A program made the translations under genes and the position numbers. Positions 38,990 to 51,710 of a stretch of 64,000 bases of DNA are shown piece by piece. The DNA comes from Podarcis tiliguerta (Eukaryota): the NCBI GenBank assembly GCA_965153285.1, contig OZ229110.1, one strand, 5' to 3'. The notes under the pieces were generated by a model. That model was given only the letters and a program-made list of their open reading frames with translations. It was not told the origin of the DNA and made no database searches. The first letter of the stretch is position 1; every line of letters begins with the position of its first letter.

Positions 38990-40302
38990 GTAGAGTAGCT
39001 CACTTTCTGGGTACAATACAAGGACAGGACAGAGCAAGACTGAGGTTGTCTTCTCTCATAGGTGGTTCAGACATTTAATCTTCTTTTCCTGCTTCTCAAC
39101 CTTCCTATTTTCCATTTACTTTCCCCCACCTAACTAGAACACTCTGCTTCCTATCTCCCCTGATGTGTTAGAGATACTTTCTTACTACTACAGAGCCCCA
39201 TACAGGGGAAGACAAAAAATGGAGGTAACATCTCTGCGCATGTGTTTGTGTGGCACAAAAAAATGCAGTCTGATATGTGTGCAGAGGTGTAATAACAATA
39301 CAGTGTGATCCTGCATGTTGAATTGTGGGGAGAAAGCCCCCTGCCCTCTATAAAGCTCTGGGTGTTTTATAACACATTCTTTAAACTGGCCTAATTGGTG
39401 GTGGTAGTCCCATTTAAAAAAAATAAAAATAATCATGTAAGGTTTCTTTTCTCACCTAGGCACTGGAAAAGACACATATATCCACATCTCCTTCTATTAA
39501 CCCAGCACTCTTAAGAGATGTAAAAGAAGATGCAGATTCCCCCCCCCTCTAACCTTAGCGTTTTTGATATTATTTTATTAAAAGCAAGCTTAAAAACATT
39601 TCAGATCAGAATGCCTTTATTATTGATCGCTGATAAGACAAGAGCATCTAGCTATGAAATAAAAGCAGTCTATATTTTCTGTAAGCTACACTTCCAGTAG
39701 ACCATAATTTACTTTCTCTTCTTAGTGAACGTGTTCTGCCTGATAATGAACAAAATGCAGACTTTGGGTACAGTCCTGAAGCCAGTGTGTCTGACGTCAG
39801 ATTTCCTTACATATCCCAGTACACTTGCTTATGTAAAAGACTTAAACGTGTCTGTAGACCACCAATTTGGGCTACAGAAACCACTCCTGTATGGGAGTGC
39901 AAATAAACTGTTGTATGCATTAAGAGGTTCTGTGTGGTGCATATCTACATGCTAAGTCAGCTGCAATTCGACAGCTGCAAAATTCAAAATATGCAGGCTG
40001 AGTTAGTCCCAATTTTATGCAATTTAGGGTGCTTCCTCTGTTCAGCTGCCACAACACTTGTGGCATTGTACACTTCAGCCAGTGTGAGCATCTGACGACA
40101 GAGCGCAGAGCAGAAGCATGTGCCATTCTGGGATGTGTTGTGCCTACAGATGTTTGTAATGCATGTAACGAGAGAGAGGCAGCATTGCAAGGTTTTCTTT
40201 CAGAAATACTGTGCACAATATCCTATTACCAGGCTATTTTTGGCCCTCTTGTACTTTCCTTCTCTTTGCTCTTGTCAAACATCCTTTCCTGTTTTCTTCC
40301 AG

Positions 40303-40434
40303 GGCAGCAAAGGAGATGCAGGGTTGCCGGGAGCACCGGGTGAAACTGGCCTGGCAGGCCTTCCTGGGCCCATGGGTCCCCGAGGACAACCTGGTCCTCC
40401 TGGCCCACCTGGACCAGCCTTTGGGCCTGGATTT
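40303..40434 (+). CDS. COL18A1: COL18A1 exon [10 protein letters not shown]...GPAFGPGF (132 bp)
   Basis: cttccag / gtgagt. Confidence 0.94.
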
Positions 40435-41740
40435 GTGAGTACCGTATTTGAAATGCCACTGTTGAATACACCACTGTTCAGTGGGCTCCATAAGACCCAA
40501 GAAGTGCAAAATGTTGGAAAAACTTGGTTGTACTACTATTAGTTGTTCCATCAGTGTGTGAGGTGCTTAATAGAGTACCAAACGAATAGAAATGTTCCTC
40601 TTTTCAAACTCAATGTGAACATAGATGAAGGCAATAAAAGGAGGAGAGACAGGTGGAGGCAAGGGTAAATAGGTGACTGTGCATTAAATTAAGTTACACA
40701 CAGGTTACAGCCACACATTCAAATCACTTTGACAGTCTTTCCTTTTGCCCCAAAGAATCCTGGGAACTGCAGCTTACAGACCTACAATTTCCAGCCCCCT
40801 TGAACTCTGCTTCCCAGCATTCTTTGGGAGGGGTGATTTAAATGTATGGTGAGACTTTGCTTCAGTAGGAGATGAAGACTAAGTCAAAAGTTTCCTGGGA
40901 AAAGAGATTTGAAGGATGTGAGAGCGGAGTGATGCCACATAGATGTTTAGAAGGGAGTTCCAGATGTAAGGGAAAGCAAGGAAGGAAGAGTAGAGTAGTT
41001 TGAGGGAGCATAATATGGTCAGAATTATCCACTGCATCTGTCCCAAAGACCAAAGCAACTGGCTTTTCTCTGTCAATCCCAATTTCTGTACCTTCATAGC
41101 ATGAACCAAGTGGTTTAGGCGCATGGGGGTTTTCACACTAACCCTGTGACTTTGGCAACAATGTATGCAAGAACCAACTGTTTAATTAGATAACGTTTAT
41201 TAGGAATAAAGAAGGAAAGGGAAGAGAACAAAGGAACTAAGCAGAATATTGAAAATAAAAGGAGCTCTTTAGCTCAAGTCTAGCTCATCAAGAACCAGTT
41301 ATTTATAAACAGGCATAGCTGGTCATTTGCAGGGTTTTCTGTTGGTCAGTGACAGACAAGGGACTTTAGTGTGAGGGACAAAAGGCTGCATGGCCATAGC
41401 CTCTCTCTTTTTTAAAGGGCTTCCTACCCACATTGCAGTTGAGTGTCCGGTGGCACTGCTCAGCCAATTATTTGCCAAGTCTTTTGGAAACACCTGTAGG
41501 GGAGTTAGAGGGGTGAGGATGGCAGGAAGCTCCTGGGGATGTGACTATTTTAGTGTTCATTCTCACTGGGATTTCTTGATGTTGCTTCCAGAGGGACCTA
41601 TCCTGTGCTTGTGTATTTGGGAACTTGGACATTTCTGGCTTGCTCAAGCAAAATGGATGGCAAGGGATCACGGCTTTTCTCCACAGGCTTTACCTGATGA
41701 CAGTTCTGCCTGGAGACTAACGCCATCCATTCTTTCTTAG

Positions 41741-41812
41741 GATGACATGGAGGGCTCAGGGCTGCCGTTGGTTTCTGCTGTTCCTGGAGCACGTGGACCA
41801 GAAGGGCCACAG
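41741..41812 (+). CDS. COL18A1: COL18A1 exon DDMEGSGLPLVSAVPGARGPEGPQ (72 bp, GAG site)
   Basis: ttcttag / gtattc. DDMEGSG motif. Confidence 0.93.
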
Positions 41813-42475
41813 GTATTCCTCATTCCATTTCTCAGTATTGCCTTCCTCCAAAGACTCCATCACTGTGAGCACCTGCTTGGGAGCATGCAGGATTTGAATA
41901 ACACAAGCTTTATTTATGAGTGAAGATGCACAGGAATGGGCTGCTAATCAGTTTATATTTTTTATGAGTGTTGAGGTTAACCTTATAGCACTGTGTGGCC
42001 ATATGTTACCACTTGTGATTAAGGGGGGTGCAGACCAAATAAGAAAGTTATGAGCTTTTGAAGTTATCTTCTGACCCCCTCATCTACAGGATGATGGCAT
42101 ATTATCACCTGAGTCTATACTGGACATGCATTAAAAGCTTTCCATGTTGCCAGTGTCCCGCTGGAGACATTCGGTCTGTTGTTGTTCTTCTTGCAGAAAC
42201 AAGCATATTCCACTAATTGCCATGTTAATGTCCTAGTCCACAGCTGAGTGTCAGGCACACTCTGAAAAGACAGACCTTGCCTGTAGACTGTGATACTTAA
42301 AATCTGAATAGCAGACCTTAAGTTACGTTATAAAACATGGATCCTGCTATGTCATTATTGTTAATGGATGCTAAATACACACAACAGTTATAAATATGTC
42401 TTTGAGGAGATTGTGCTCTTCTATAGGTCATGAAATCTGACAGAATTGAGTTGATGACCATTTTTATTTTTATAG

Positions 42476-42502
42476 GGACCACCAGGGCTTCCAGGACTCA
42501 AG
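42476..42502 (+). CDS. COL18A1: COL18A1 micro-exon GPPGLPGLK (27 bp)
   Basis: tttatag / gtcaga. Confidence 0.92.
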
Positions 42503-43031
42503 GTCAGAATTATTGTTGTTACTATTTTGTTGTTGTTTGCTTCTGTATTTAACTAGTTGGTTGGTAGGCAGTATGGCTTGGCTTGTTTTAAGCCAGAACT
42601 GCACCCACAAATGAAGGTATCCATCTCTCTGCCTGATCTGAACTCCATTTAGTGTCCAGTGCTCTTTTTTAAAAATCATTTTCCTATTCAAGTTAAGGTC
42701 CTTTCCATAACAGGCCAATCATATTAGTTCACTATACAAGGCAAGACGTGGATGGTGGTAGGTTGAGTGGGCAGAGGACTACTGAGTTTTGTGGTGTTGT
42801 TACAATGAAGCACTCAGAGCGTTGAACTAGGTTGGTGCAAATATATTCTGCAAGGCATGTATGAATCAGGTGTGGGTAGGGAAGGGTTATATAACACCAA
42901 GATGAGGCTCTTACGATGCTTTCCTTAGTCCTGTCTCTTGTCATTCAGACTAGGATAACCTCTACATTTTGGTGCAACGTCTTGGCTCTCACAAAGGATG
43001 CATACTGACCCAAAAACAGAACTGTCAAAAG

Positions 43032-43280
43032 CAGGGGGCAGCAACCTTTTTCAGCCTTGGGCCGGTCCACTGTCTCTCAGACCATGTGGTGGGCCGGACT
43101 ATATTTTGGGGGGGAAATGAACGAATTCCTACGCCCCACAAATAACCCAGAGATGCATTTTAAATAAAAGGTCACATTCTACTCATGTAAAAACACGCTG
43201 ATTCCCAGACTATCCGCGGGCCGGATTGAGAAGGCAATGGGGCCGCATCTGGCCCCTGGGCCTTAGGTTGCCTACCCCTG
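43032..43280. mobile_element. hAT non-autonomous element with perfect 8-bp TSD
   Basis: TSD gtcaaaag at 43024-43031 and 43281-43288. TIRs cagggggcagcaacct / aggttgcctacccctg. Confidence 0.88.
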
Positions 43281-43531
43281 GTCAAAAGGCAAGGTGCATC
43301 ACTCCAACTGCCCTAGCAGAGCACAGGCAGGACCATTCCAATTTAGATGGTGCTGCACATGTTTAACATATGGTCAAATACTGTCACAAGTTCCACCATC
43401 TACAGCACAAAAAGATAGCCTGGGCTAGGACTCAAATGGAAAAAACAAAATAGAAAAATTACAGAGCACATCTTTTATTTAATGTGACCAGTAAAAATAG
43501 GCCTTCTGCCTGTCTTTTTGTTAATTTTCAG

Positions 43532-43576
43532 GGTGATGTCGGCAGCCCTGGTCTCCCAGGTTTGCCTGGAGTGAAG
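43532..43576 (+). CDS. COL18A1: COL18A1 exon GDVGSPGLPGLPGVK (45 bp)
   Basis: ttttcag / gtaaga. Confidence 0.92.
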
Positions 43577-43772
43577 GTAAGACCATGTCATAAAGCTTGA
43601 GAAGTACTTGGAGAACTTTGTCTCCACCTCCCCTACCATGCCTGCTGGTTTTTAAGAGATGTTTTGTTACTGTACTGCTATGAAGTATTTTAACAGGAGC
43701 TGGACTGGATTGCTGAGTGGCATTTGTGGGGAAGGTTAGGATCCCTTATTAGGCTCCTTTGTTTGTTTGCAG

Positions 43773-43835
43773 GGAGACCCTGGATTGGCAGGTCTGGATG
43801 GTCGTCCTGGGCTAGAGGGTTTCCCGGGACCACAG
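43773..43835 (+). CDS. COL18A1: COL18A1 exon GDPGLAGLDGRPGLEGFPGPQ (63 bp)
   Basis: tttgcag / gtgagc. Confidence 0.93.
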
Positions 43836-44504
43836 GTGAGCATGAATTTCAGTGCAGTCTTTCCTCTCTTTCTTGGCATCTTTCGGACAAACTCACAGAA
43901 AAGAATATCCTACAAATGTTTCTTTTTGAAAGCTAAAAAGCGGACAATTAAGATACCCCTACAAATAATGAATAGGTTGTATCCAATTGAAATGAACAGA
44001 CTTGCGTTTGTTCATTTAGATGGCTCCCTTCTGAGTAGAGCCTAGTTGGATGCAGCCTTCTGTGTGTAAGTGTAGCTCAGGAAGAAGCCCTGCAGAAACA
44101 TGGACTTCACAGCTGTATTATTCTCATCTCCCATGTCTAGTGTGTGCCCTCATAGAGTGACAATGTTGTTCTCCTCGTCTGTAAGTAATCACACACCTCA
44201 AATGCAACAATATTAATTGCACTCATCCCTAGGATAGTCCCAAGAGAGGGATCACTCTTCTTCCTTGTTTGTAAATGGAGAACAGATTGAGTGATGGTAG
44301 GTGACCCAAAGCCCACCCAATGAGTCCATGACTGAAGTGTGGGAGTTCAGCCCAGGTCTTCTGGATCTATGTCCAGGTCTCCATCTGCTGGACCACACTG
44401 GCTGTCACTTGCCACACAGTTCTTCACCAGACACAGTTCTCCATTGTGCAAAACTGTATCCTTCCCTGAAAATGTGTTTGTCTCCCCCGTGTTTCTCATT
44501 TCAG

Positions 44505-44540
44505 GGGACAAAGGGTGACGCTGGAGAACCAGGGCCTAAA
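44505..44540 (+). CDS. COL18A1: COL18A1 exon GTKGDAGEPGPK (36 bp)
   Basis: atttcag / gtaagt. Confidence 0.92.
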
Positions 44541-44848
44541 GTAAGTACCCCCATGGATTTCAGGAGAAGTTCTGTTTGTGTGTGTATGTATGTGCACATG
44601 TATGAGTGTGTGTGTGTGCACACAACATATTATGGTAAAGTGTAGTCGGGCCAGGATTGGCTTGCAGCCGTTTCCCTAATAGTCAGCTGGTGATCTGTTT
44701 TAAATTTTGTTGTTACTGTATTTTAACTGTTGTAAACCACTTCAATTTTTTTAATGAAATTGAAGCACACAAATGCTTTTAACAAACAAACAGAAAATGG
44801 GCTAGAATGTGTGCAGTTAAGATGTTTTGCAGCTCACCTCCTAAAAAC

Positions 44849-44849
<1 letters not shown>

Positions 44850-44893
<44 letters not shown>
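44850..44893. repeat. (TTA)n microsatellite, the 3' tail of the adjacent minus-strand L2
   Basis: Read directly. Abuts the L2 fragment. Confidence 0.9.
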
Positions 44894-44896
<3 letters not shown>

Positions 44897-45418
44897 TTTT
44901 TTTTACTGCCCTTCATCCAAGGATCACAGGGCCGTTTACAATATAAAAACACAGAAATACATACCATAGTAACAAACGAAAACAATACCCCACCCCTGTT
45001 TAAAAGGCCACAGATAGTTAAAGGACAGAGGTCTGGTTATAGAGGCAAGTTTTTGCCTGGCATCTAAAGATATATAATGATGGCACCAGGTGAGCCTCCC
45101 TGGGGAGGGCATTCCACAAATGAGGAGTCACTGCAGAAAAGGCCTGTTCTTGTGTTGCCGCCCTCCAGGCCTCATATAGAGGAAGCACACGAAGAAGAGC
45201 CTCAGATGATGATTGCAGCGTCCGGGTTGGTTCACATGGGGAGAGGCAGTCCTTGAGGTATTGTGGTCCTGAGCTGTTGAAGGCTTTATAGGTCAAAACC
45301 AGCACTTTTAATTGGGCCGAGAAACTAATTGGCAGCCAGTACAATCAGGCCAGGATTGGTGTTCTATGCTCAAACTGTCTTGCCCCTGTGAGCAAGCTGG
45401 CTGCTGAATTCTGCACCA
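44894..45418 (-). mobile_element. L2-clade LINE 3' fragment
   Basis: Minus ORF 45018..45344 (WLPI...KVLVLTYKAFNSSGPQYLKDCL...AFSAVTPHLWNALP) is an L2 C-terminus. Same family as 1480-2090. Confidence 0.87.
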
Positions 45419-45450
45419 CATTCAAATGTTCTCTTTTTTTTTCTTTTGAG

Positions 45451-45540
45451 GGTGAACGAGGTCAAGATGGAATAGGGCTGCCAGGTCCCCCTGGACCCCC
45501 CGGCCCTCCAGGACAAGTCATCCTCCTGCCCAGTGATGAT
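45451..45540 (+). CDS. COL18A1: COL18A1 exon [30 protein letters not shown] (90 bp)
   Basis: Long pyrimidine tract with an uncommon GAG acceptor / gtaagg donor. Confidence 0.9.
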
Positions 45541-45784
45541 GTAAGGATATTTGTGCTTTTTTATTGACCCCTTCCTCTTACTTCTGCAAAATCATGTTAT
45601 TTGCTGTGAATCAAAATGATACGATTCCTTAGAGGAGCCATTCCTCACAGAATCAATTCATTATTTCTAATTATAAAGGTAATTTGTTTCTGTATTTTCT
45701 AGTTCAGCATCAACCATGAAAATATTAATACCCTGAAGTTCAATGACTGATAGTTCTCAGGTTCCTTCTTGGCAGACATTGGCT

Positions 45785-46183
45785 TGGTTCACATACCACA
45801 CTAAGGCAAACTAGTGCGAACATGTGAGCCTACAGGCTCCGAGAGAGGAGATCATGGCAACTTTGCTCATGTCCAGCCATTTTGGCACTGTGCTGCATGG
45901 AGCTAAGCCATGGCTTTGCTTCAAATGTTGTCCAAACCTGGGCTCATGAATTAGCTCTCTCCAGACAGATCTTGAGCTAAAACCAAGATTGTTCTAGGTT
46001 TACCTACAGCTTGTGGTTTGCCTAGGAGAGCTAAAACCATGAGTTCGGATGACACACTAAGCCAAACCATGGTTTAGGTCAGCGCAGCTCAGCAGCAAAA
46101 TGACTGAGAAGGAGGGAAGTGCCTGCAATCTCGTAGTGGGGAGCTTGTAGGCTTGCACGTTCATGCTAAACCATGGTTTGAAC
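45785..46183. mobile_element. ~400-bp imperfect fold-back (old non-autonomous DNA element)
   Basis: Arm gaacatgtgagcctacaggctcc pairs with ggagcttgtaggcttgcacgttc, and gagctaagccatggctttgctt pairs with aagccaaaccatggtttaggtc. Related aaaccatggttt-rich remnants at ~15700-16090, ~20570-20780 and ~34195-34560. Confidence 0.6.
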
Positions 46184-46393
46184 CAATAGGTGATTGCCTC
46201 TAGAAAATTTTCTACGTGTTCCTTGTTGGCGTTATTGGCTTCCCTGGCAATCCCCCCTGCTCATTTTAGTTTTTAGGCAAAGGGGTCTAGATGTCCTTGG
46301 ACTCAGTTGGGCATTCTTCTGAGTAGACATGTATTAGATTGCAAGGTTTAGATTTCTGATTTAAGCCAGTGGGTTCTCTTGCTGAGAAAATAC

Positions 46394-46633
46394 GGGGCCA
46401 GATTCAACTAAATAATAGTGCTAGTGGGGGCCAGCACAAGAACTCCTGTTAGCACATCAGAGTTTCTTCCTTGTGCCCCCCCCACTGCCCCAAATGGACT
46501 TGGAATGTATCCCTGAGGAACCCCCAGAATCACAGCAAGCGGGGGGGGGGCAGAGAGGGGGGGGAGGATTGTTCCATCGGAGAAATTGAAATACTTTCAC
46601 CGATCGACCAATTGTAATAGTTGAATTCCACCC
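46394..46633. mobile_element. Putative MITE (related copy at ~48112-48322)
   Basis: Terminal inverted match gggccagattcaacta / tagttgaattccaccc. Confidence 0.45.
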
Positions 46634-46868
46634 ATGGTATGTAATGTTACATTTGAATTCAAGCCCATCTCTTTTCTCCAGCTACTGTTGATTTAATAGA
46701 AATGACAGGATAATGGTAGGAATAAGAATAAACAATTCAGTGTCATTGGTAAGAAATTTGTGGCATTTTACTGGACTTTGGGACAGACTTTAGTTTGCCC
46801 CACCAAAGAATATGAGGAAATACAATAAAGATCACATTTTAAGCATACCCTTTCATTATTTTCTATAG

Positions 46869-46898
46869 AAAACGTTACCTACTCTGCCAGGCCCAGAG
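46869..46898 (+). CDS. COL18A1: COL18A1 micro-exon KTLPTLPGPE (30 bp)
   Basis: tctatag / gtaagt. Corresponds to the short ...PGPE exon of collagen XVIII. Confidence 0.88.
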
Positions 46899-48054
46899 GT
46901 AAGTAAAAAGCAATTTCTATCCTAGTGATCCTTTTATTCTGATTTAGTGAGAAGGATGTTGTGGCAAACTCCCTCAATAAGATGGGAATGGAAAAAAATA
47001 AAGATGGGAGTGAGGTAATGTGATCTGGTTTGGGGTGTTTGAACACTTAGACACTCCCTGTCAGTAACACTTGAGAGGTCTGGTATTATCTTTATGTGGT
47101 AGCGTTTTCTGATAACCAACAGCAAGGATTTTTAATATTGTGAAAGGAAACTTATCCCTCAGCCAGAGGATCAAAGTAAGGATGAGGCACTATATAAACA
47201 AAACTGGAATTTTATTTAAATGTATTTGATGAGCATTAGAGCTTATTGATTTCACTGATAAGGCAAAGCACTTTGTTTCAGTCAACAACACTTTACAGAA
47301 GAAATTGAAAACTTTACTTAAACCTTCACTTTAAACCTGTTTCTGATTAAACTGAGTCCTCCTAGAATGGCCATTTGTTCTACTAAGCCAGTGAATCACT
47401 TCCAGCCCCTTCTAAGATATTTTGCTTCCCCACAGGGGAATAATATTGTTGCCTTGTTTAGCAAGCCCCTAACCACCTGACTAATCCCCAGCTAAACCAT
47501 TTTGAGGCCCTATCTAGGCTCCAACCAAGCCCTATCTGATCGTCACCTGACAGGCAAACCTTATCTGACAGTTTAACTGCTGTTCTAACTTTTTGTTCTC
47601 CACTCTCTCCCAATTGGATGACACTGCACCCAGCCCTGATTGGTTTCTGGGTCTTCAGGAGGCTGACTCAACATCCACCTGTCACAGATGTCAATTATAA
47701 ATAAGCATCGAGCATAAAAACATCTGCGCTGCAGATCCTCACATTGCTGATGTGCATCATATCCATACAAATGTACAAAGGCACTTCTTATAAACTGCTC
47801 CAGAAGCTAAGCTGGCGCAAGAGTGAGAATGAATGATGAGGCATTCCCTGTTGTCCTCAACACACTGCCTAATTTGATACACTGTGTTAGGGCTCAGCCT
47901 CTGTTTCCAACACCATGGCTGAGCAACTATAGTGACCCACACATATGGGCTCGACTGATTATGTGCAAACAATTTATTTTAAAGTTTAAAGGGCTGGAGA
48001 TAATACTATTATATATTTTATATGTAATTTATGCTACCCTATTTCTTCTTGCAG

Positions 48055-48081
48055 GGCAAACAAGGGCATGCTGGCTTCCCA
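48055..48081 (+). CDS. COL18A1: COL18A1 micro-exon GKQGHAGFP (27 bp)
   Basis: cttgcag / gtaagt. Confidence 0.92.
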
Positions 48082-49363
48082 GTAAGTAGTTGACCCAGTA
48101 CTAGCCATACAGGGTAATGTTCAAAGTAGCACTAAGCAGATCATTCCTTCAGTGCAAGGATTTCTCCTTGTGCAACAGAACCATCTCTGCCTCTTCTCTC
48201 ACCTGTGTTCCCCCTAAATCTGTTCCCAACCCTCCAGGACAGATTTGGGGACAGCATAGGGTGCACATGGAGGGAAGGGAGAATCCCCTTGTGCTAGTGC
48301 AAAAATGTGGTTGAATATGGCCTCACAGTGCTCAGATTGTAAGAATTCGGCTGCTGTTCATCTTTGTAGTTTACCAGTGGCTGGAGCAGGGAGGGCATGC
48401 CAGAGTTTTTTCTTAGTATACAGTGGCATCCTCTGTTGCAAGAGAAAAATTGCAGCACATGTATAAGGGCTCAATGCACGCTTCCCTTTGTGCTGCGCTT
48501 TCTAGGTACAGCTCTGGGTTTTCCTGGTCCAGGTTGGAGCATTTTCCCCTCCACCTTCTGCAGATTTATCCAAGAAAGCCACTTATTTGCTGCTGAATTG
48601 GAGAAATGACAATCTGCTGAAAACCTGATTGCCGTTTGCTCCGATTGAGCAGTAAAACACAGGTTTCCCTGGGGTAAGCGGCAGGAAGGGGAGGGGAACA
48701 CTCTGACAGAGACCTAGAAATCCCAGACTTTTACATAGAAAGTGCAGCCTAAAAACAAGTGTGAATGAGCCCAAAGTCAGCACTACGAGTAAGTCCTCCA
48801 ACAAACAAACCAATTTACTAGTCCATCTACGGACACCTATCTGCATATGTGTAAAAAAAGTTTTATAAAGCTTCCTAGATTGCTCACCTGGAGACAGTTT
48901 TGGCACGGCTGATCAGGCAGGTGTCTATTCACAACCCGCTTTTTAAAGTCTTGGCACTGTGACTTGAGTTTGATTTTCTTTGCCTGTAGATTTGCCTGTA
49001 GATTGTATGATTCACCTCCCCCCCCCCAAAAAAAAACCCCAAACCCATAGCAGCCTATTACTACTACTACTACAGACTTTGCAGCTGTACTAATATGTTC
49101 TGAACAGAGCCAATTGAAGTCAGAATGAATGTGTGTGAACTGGCCCTGGCGAGGGGTTAAGTGACCTTGCTCCAAGCCTCAGTGAGCAGCTCTCCCCCCT
49201 TGGGGGCTGTTCTGGCTGAGAGCTGCCCTAGAACAACCAGATGCAAAGGAGGGCAGCTTTGAGGCTTGGCAGCAATCAAGCTTTTGTTATGTTTTGCTTG
49301 TTTTTATTTTGTCAGCGGTTGTGTATATTGGACAAGGAATGGAACGAGAGAGAACAAAACAGG

Positions 49364-49367
<4 letters not shown>

Positions 49368-49401
<34 letters not shown>
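49368..49401. repeat. (GT)n microsatellite
   Basis: Read directly. Confidence 0.92.
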
Positions 49402-49403
<2 letters not shown>

Positions 49404-50097
49404 GGGGGGGAGGTGGTTGCAGGGCGCTCCTCCTTTTGCTTCTTTCCATTTCCTCAGCATCCCAGGCAGGAAGCAGCAGACACCAGTCCTGCTGTATCAC
49501 TTGCTGTTCCCGCATTTTGAGAGCTAAAGTGCACATAGCTTTTCAAACTAGGTAGATCACTAAATGGATTTTCTCTGGCATTTTTTCCAGCCTTAAACCC
49601 CACTTTTCCCAGTTAGTTTTTTCCTCCCATTTGCAGGCTGTGCTAGCTTGCACCAAGAGAATAAGACAAACCACCTGGAAATCTACAAAGGGGAGAAAGT
49701 ACAGATGGACTAGCACCAATAACCTTTGAGAACTCTAATAAGTAATTTAAAAATAAAATAAAAATGAATGTGCAGATTGGCCTGACTTGTTTTAAAGCAG
49801 GGCTTCTCTGGCACTTTCCACAGTCAGCTTCCCCCCCAAATATGAAGATTACTATTTTGATGGCTTGCTTGGCATTATTCGTAGACCAGAGGCTCATCCT
49901 TGGGCCAAGGCAAGCAGATCAAAGCAAAGGAGGGGGCCTGTTGGCTCACAGCATGCTTTAATAGCCCTAGGTAAAGGGTGTGCAGTTTGGGGGGGAGCAA
50001 AACAAACAAACAATATTGCTCCACTGACTCCTAGTACTGAAAAGATGGCCCATGTGTCAATGTCACCACTTGTAATTCTTTGTGATTCCATCTACAG

Positions 50098-50160
50098 GGG
50101 CCAGTGGGACCAAAAGGTGACACAGGATCTGCAGGTGTTCCGGGCTCTTCAGGTCCAAAG
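50098..50160 (+). CDS. COL18A1: COL18A1 exon GPVGPKGDTGSAGVPGSSGPK (63 bp)
   Basis: tctacag / gtaaga. Confidence 0.93.
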
Positions 50161-50167
50161 GTAAGAC

Positions 50168-50510
50168 AATCATAGAATTGTAGAGTTGGAAGGGACCCCC
50201 AGGGCTTATCTAGGAATCTCGAAGCATCCATGAAGGTCACGGGTTCAAGCCCCATGTTGGGCAAAATATTCCTGCATTGCAGGGGGTTGGACTAATCGAC
50301 CTTCATGCTCCCTTCCAACTCTACAGTCCTTTGACAGGCGGCCGTCCAACCTCTGCTTACAAACCTCCCTGGAAGGAGAGTCCACCACCTTCTGAGGGAG
50401 TCCATTCCACTGTTGAACAGCTCTGTCAGAAAGTACTTCCTTATGTATAGTTGGAATCTTCTTTCCTGTAACTTGAAGCCATTGGTTTGAGTCCTACCCT
50501 CTGGAGCAAA
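50168..50510 (-). mobile_element. CR1 3' fragment (minus) containing a nested plus-strand SINE fragment (~50233-50330)
   Basis: aatcatagaattgtagagttggaagggacc is the reverse complement of a CR1 tail, and the CR1 continues at tgacaggcggccgtccaacctctgc. The insert has a B-box-like ggttcaagccc and a CR1-like tail cccttccaactctaca. Confidence 0.72.
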
Positions 50511-51138
50511 GCATTCCAGTTTGCAACTTGATCACCAAAATGCAAATTTCTCCTCTGTCAGGAGAATTCTTACAATTTGGCTCCTGGCCTTAGGCTGAAA
50601 CCCTAACTAACCCTGCTTACCTGGGAGTGAGGGAGTAGGACTTTCTTTTTATTAGACATGGTTAGGATTGCAGCCTTAGTTCCAAACCATTTTCCATAAT
50701 CCAAATGTCTTTCCAAAGCACCAATTTCTATTTCTTTGCACTTCTTCAGCCTTATAATGATTGATTAAGGGCATGGCAAGCATAGCATTTCATGTTTTCA
50801 TGAACTCTCCATGAACAAATGCTCATTATTGCCGGCTATCATCCTCTGTTGGGGAATCTTACTGCAATAAGATCATTGTACTAGATAGCTTATAACATGG
50901 GTCAGGTTTCCTCTGGAGCATTTATTACATTTGCCCAAGACAACCTAAAGTGACTTACAACCAAACAACTCCCCCCCCCCCCCCATAAATACATTAAAAC
51001 ATCCCACCTATTTCTAAAAGGCCGCATATAGTTAAAGGCCAGAGGCCTGGTCCCAGAGGAAATTTTTTTGCCTGTTTTGCAAAGTTTATATTTTCACAAG
51101 CATTTTGTCTTCATGCTTGCCATTTGTCTTTTGGACAG

Positions 51139-51213
51139 GGTGAAAAAGGAGAGCCAGGGGTTATAATTGGTCCTGATGGGACAGTCATAGCAACTAATCC
51201 AAAAGGAGAAAAG
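51139..51213 (+). CDS. COL18A1: COL18A1 exon GEKGEPGVIIGPDGTVIATNPKGEK (75 bp)
   Basis: ggacag / gtagaa. Confidence 0.93.
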
Positions 51214-51662
51214 GTAGAAATAAGCATGCTTTCATTTGAATTTTTCTCTCTCTCACTTACCCAGTTTTGTATAATGAGTATAACAAGAAGCTGAAGGATT
51301 TCCCCCTCCATGGCGTAAAGACTGGTATAGAGCCCCTCTAAAAGAGAGTGAAAGATTGAGAGCCGCCACCCATGCATCTGGGAGAGTGTGTTACTGAGTT
51401 TTTGGGTGTGCACCCTCTGCAAAAGTTGTGTTAGCAAACACACACATGGGATTACTCATGTGATCTGTACTATTGAGATCTTTTCTGGAAAAAGGGAGGA
51501 GAGAGTATTCATTGCAATGTGACCATGAAAGTGACTATGGTTGGTGAGGTGGTTCTCTGGCAAGAACCACTCACAGCCTTTGTGTGGTCATCAAGTGAGT
51601 CCCAAGCAATAAGATGTTTGTACCAATGTTGCTTTGTCTCTTCCCAATTACCACCCTGATAA

Positions 51663-51664
51663 GT

Positions 51665-51710
<46 letters not shown>
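51663..51710. repeat. Compound microsatellite (TG)n(AG)n
   Basis: Read directly. Confidence 0.93.

Noticed and set aside
44754-45067. Poly-Leu/poly-Ile ORFs resembling membrane peptides
   Set aside because: Translations of the (TTA)n microsatellite.
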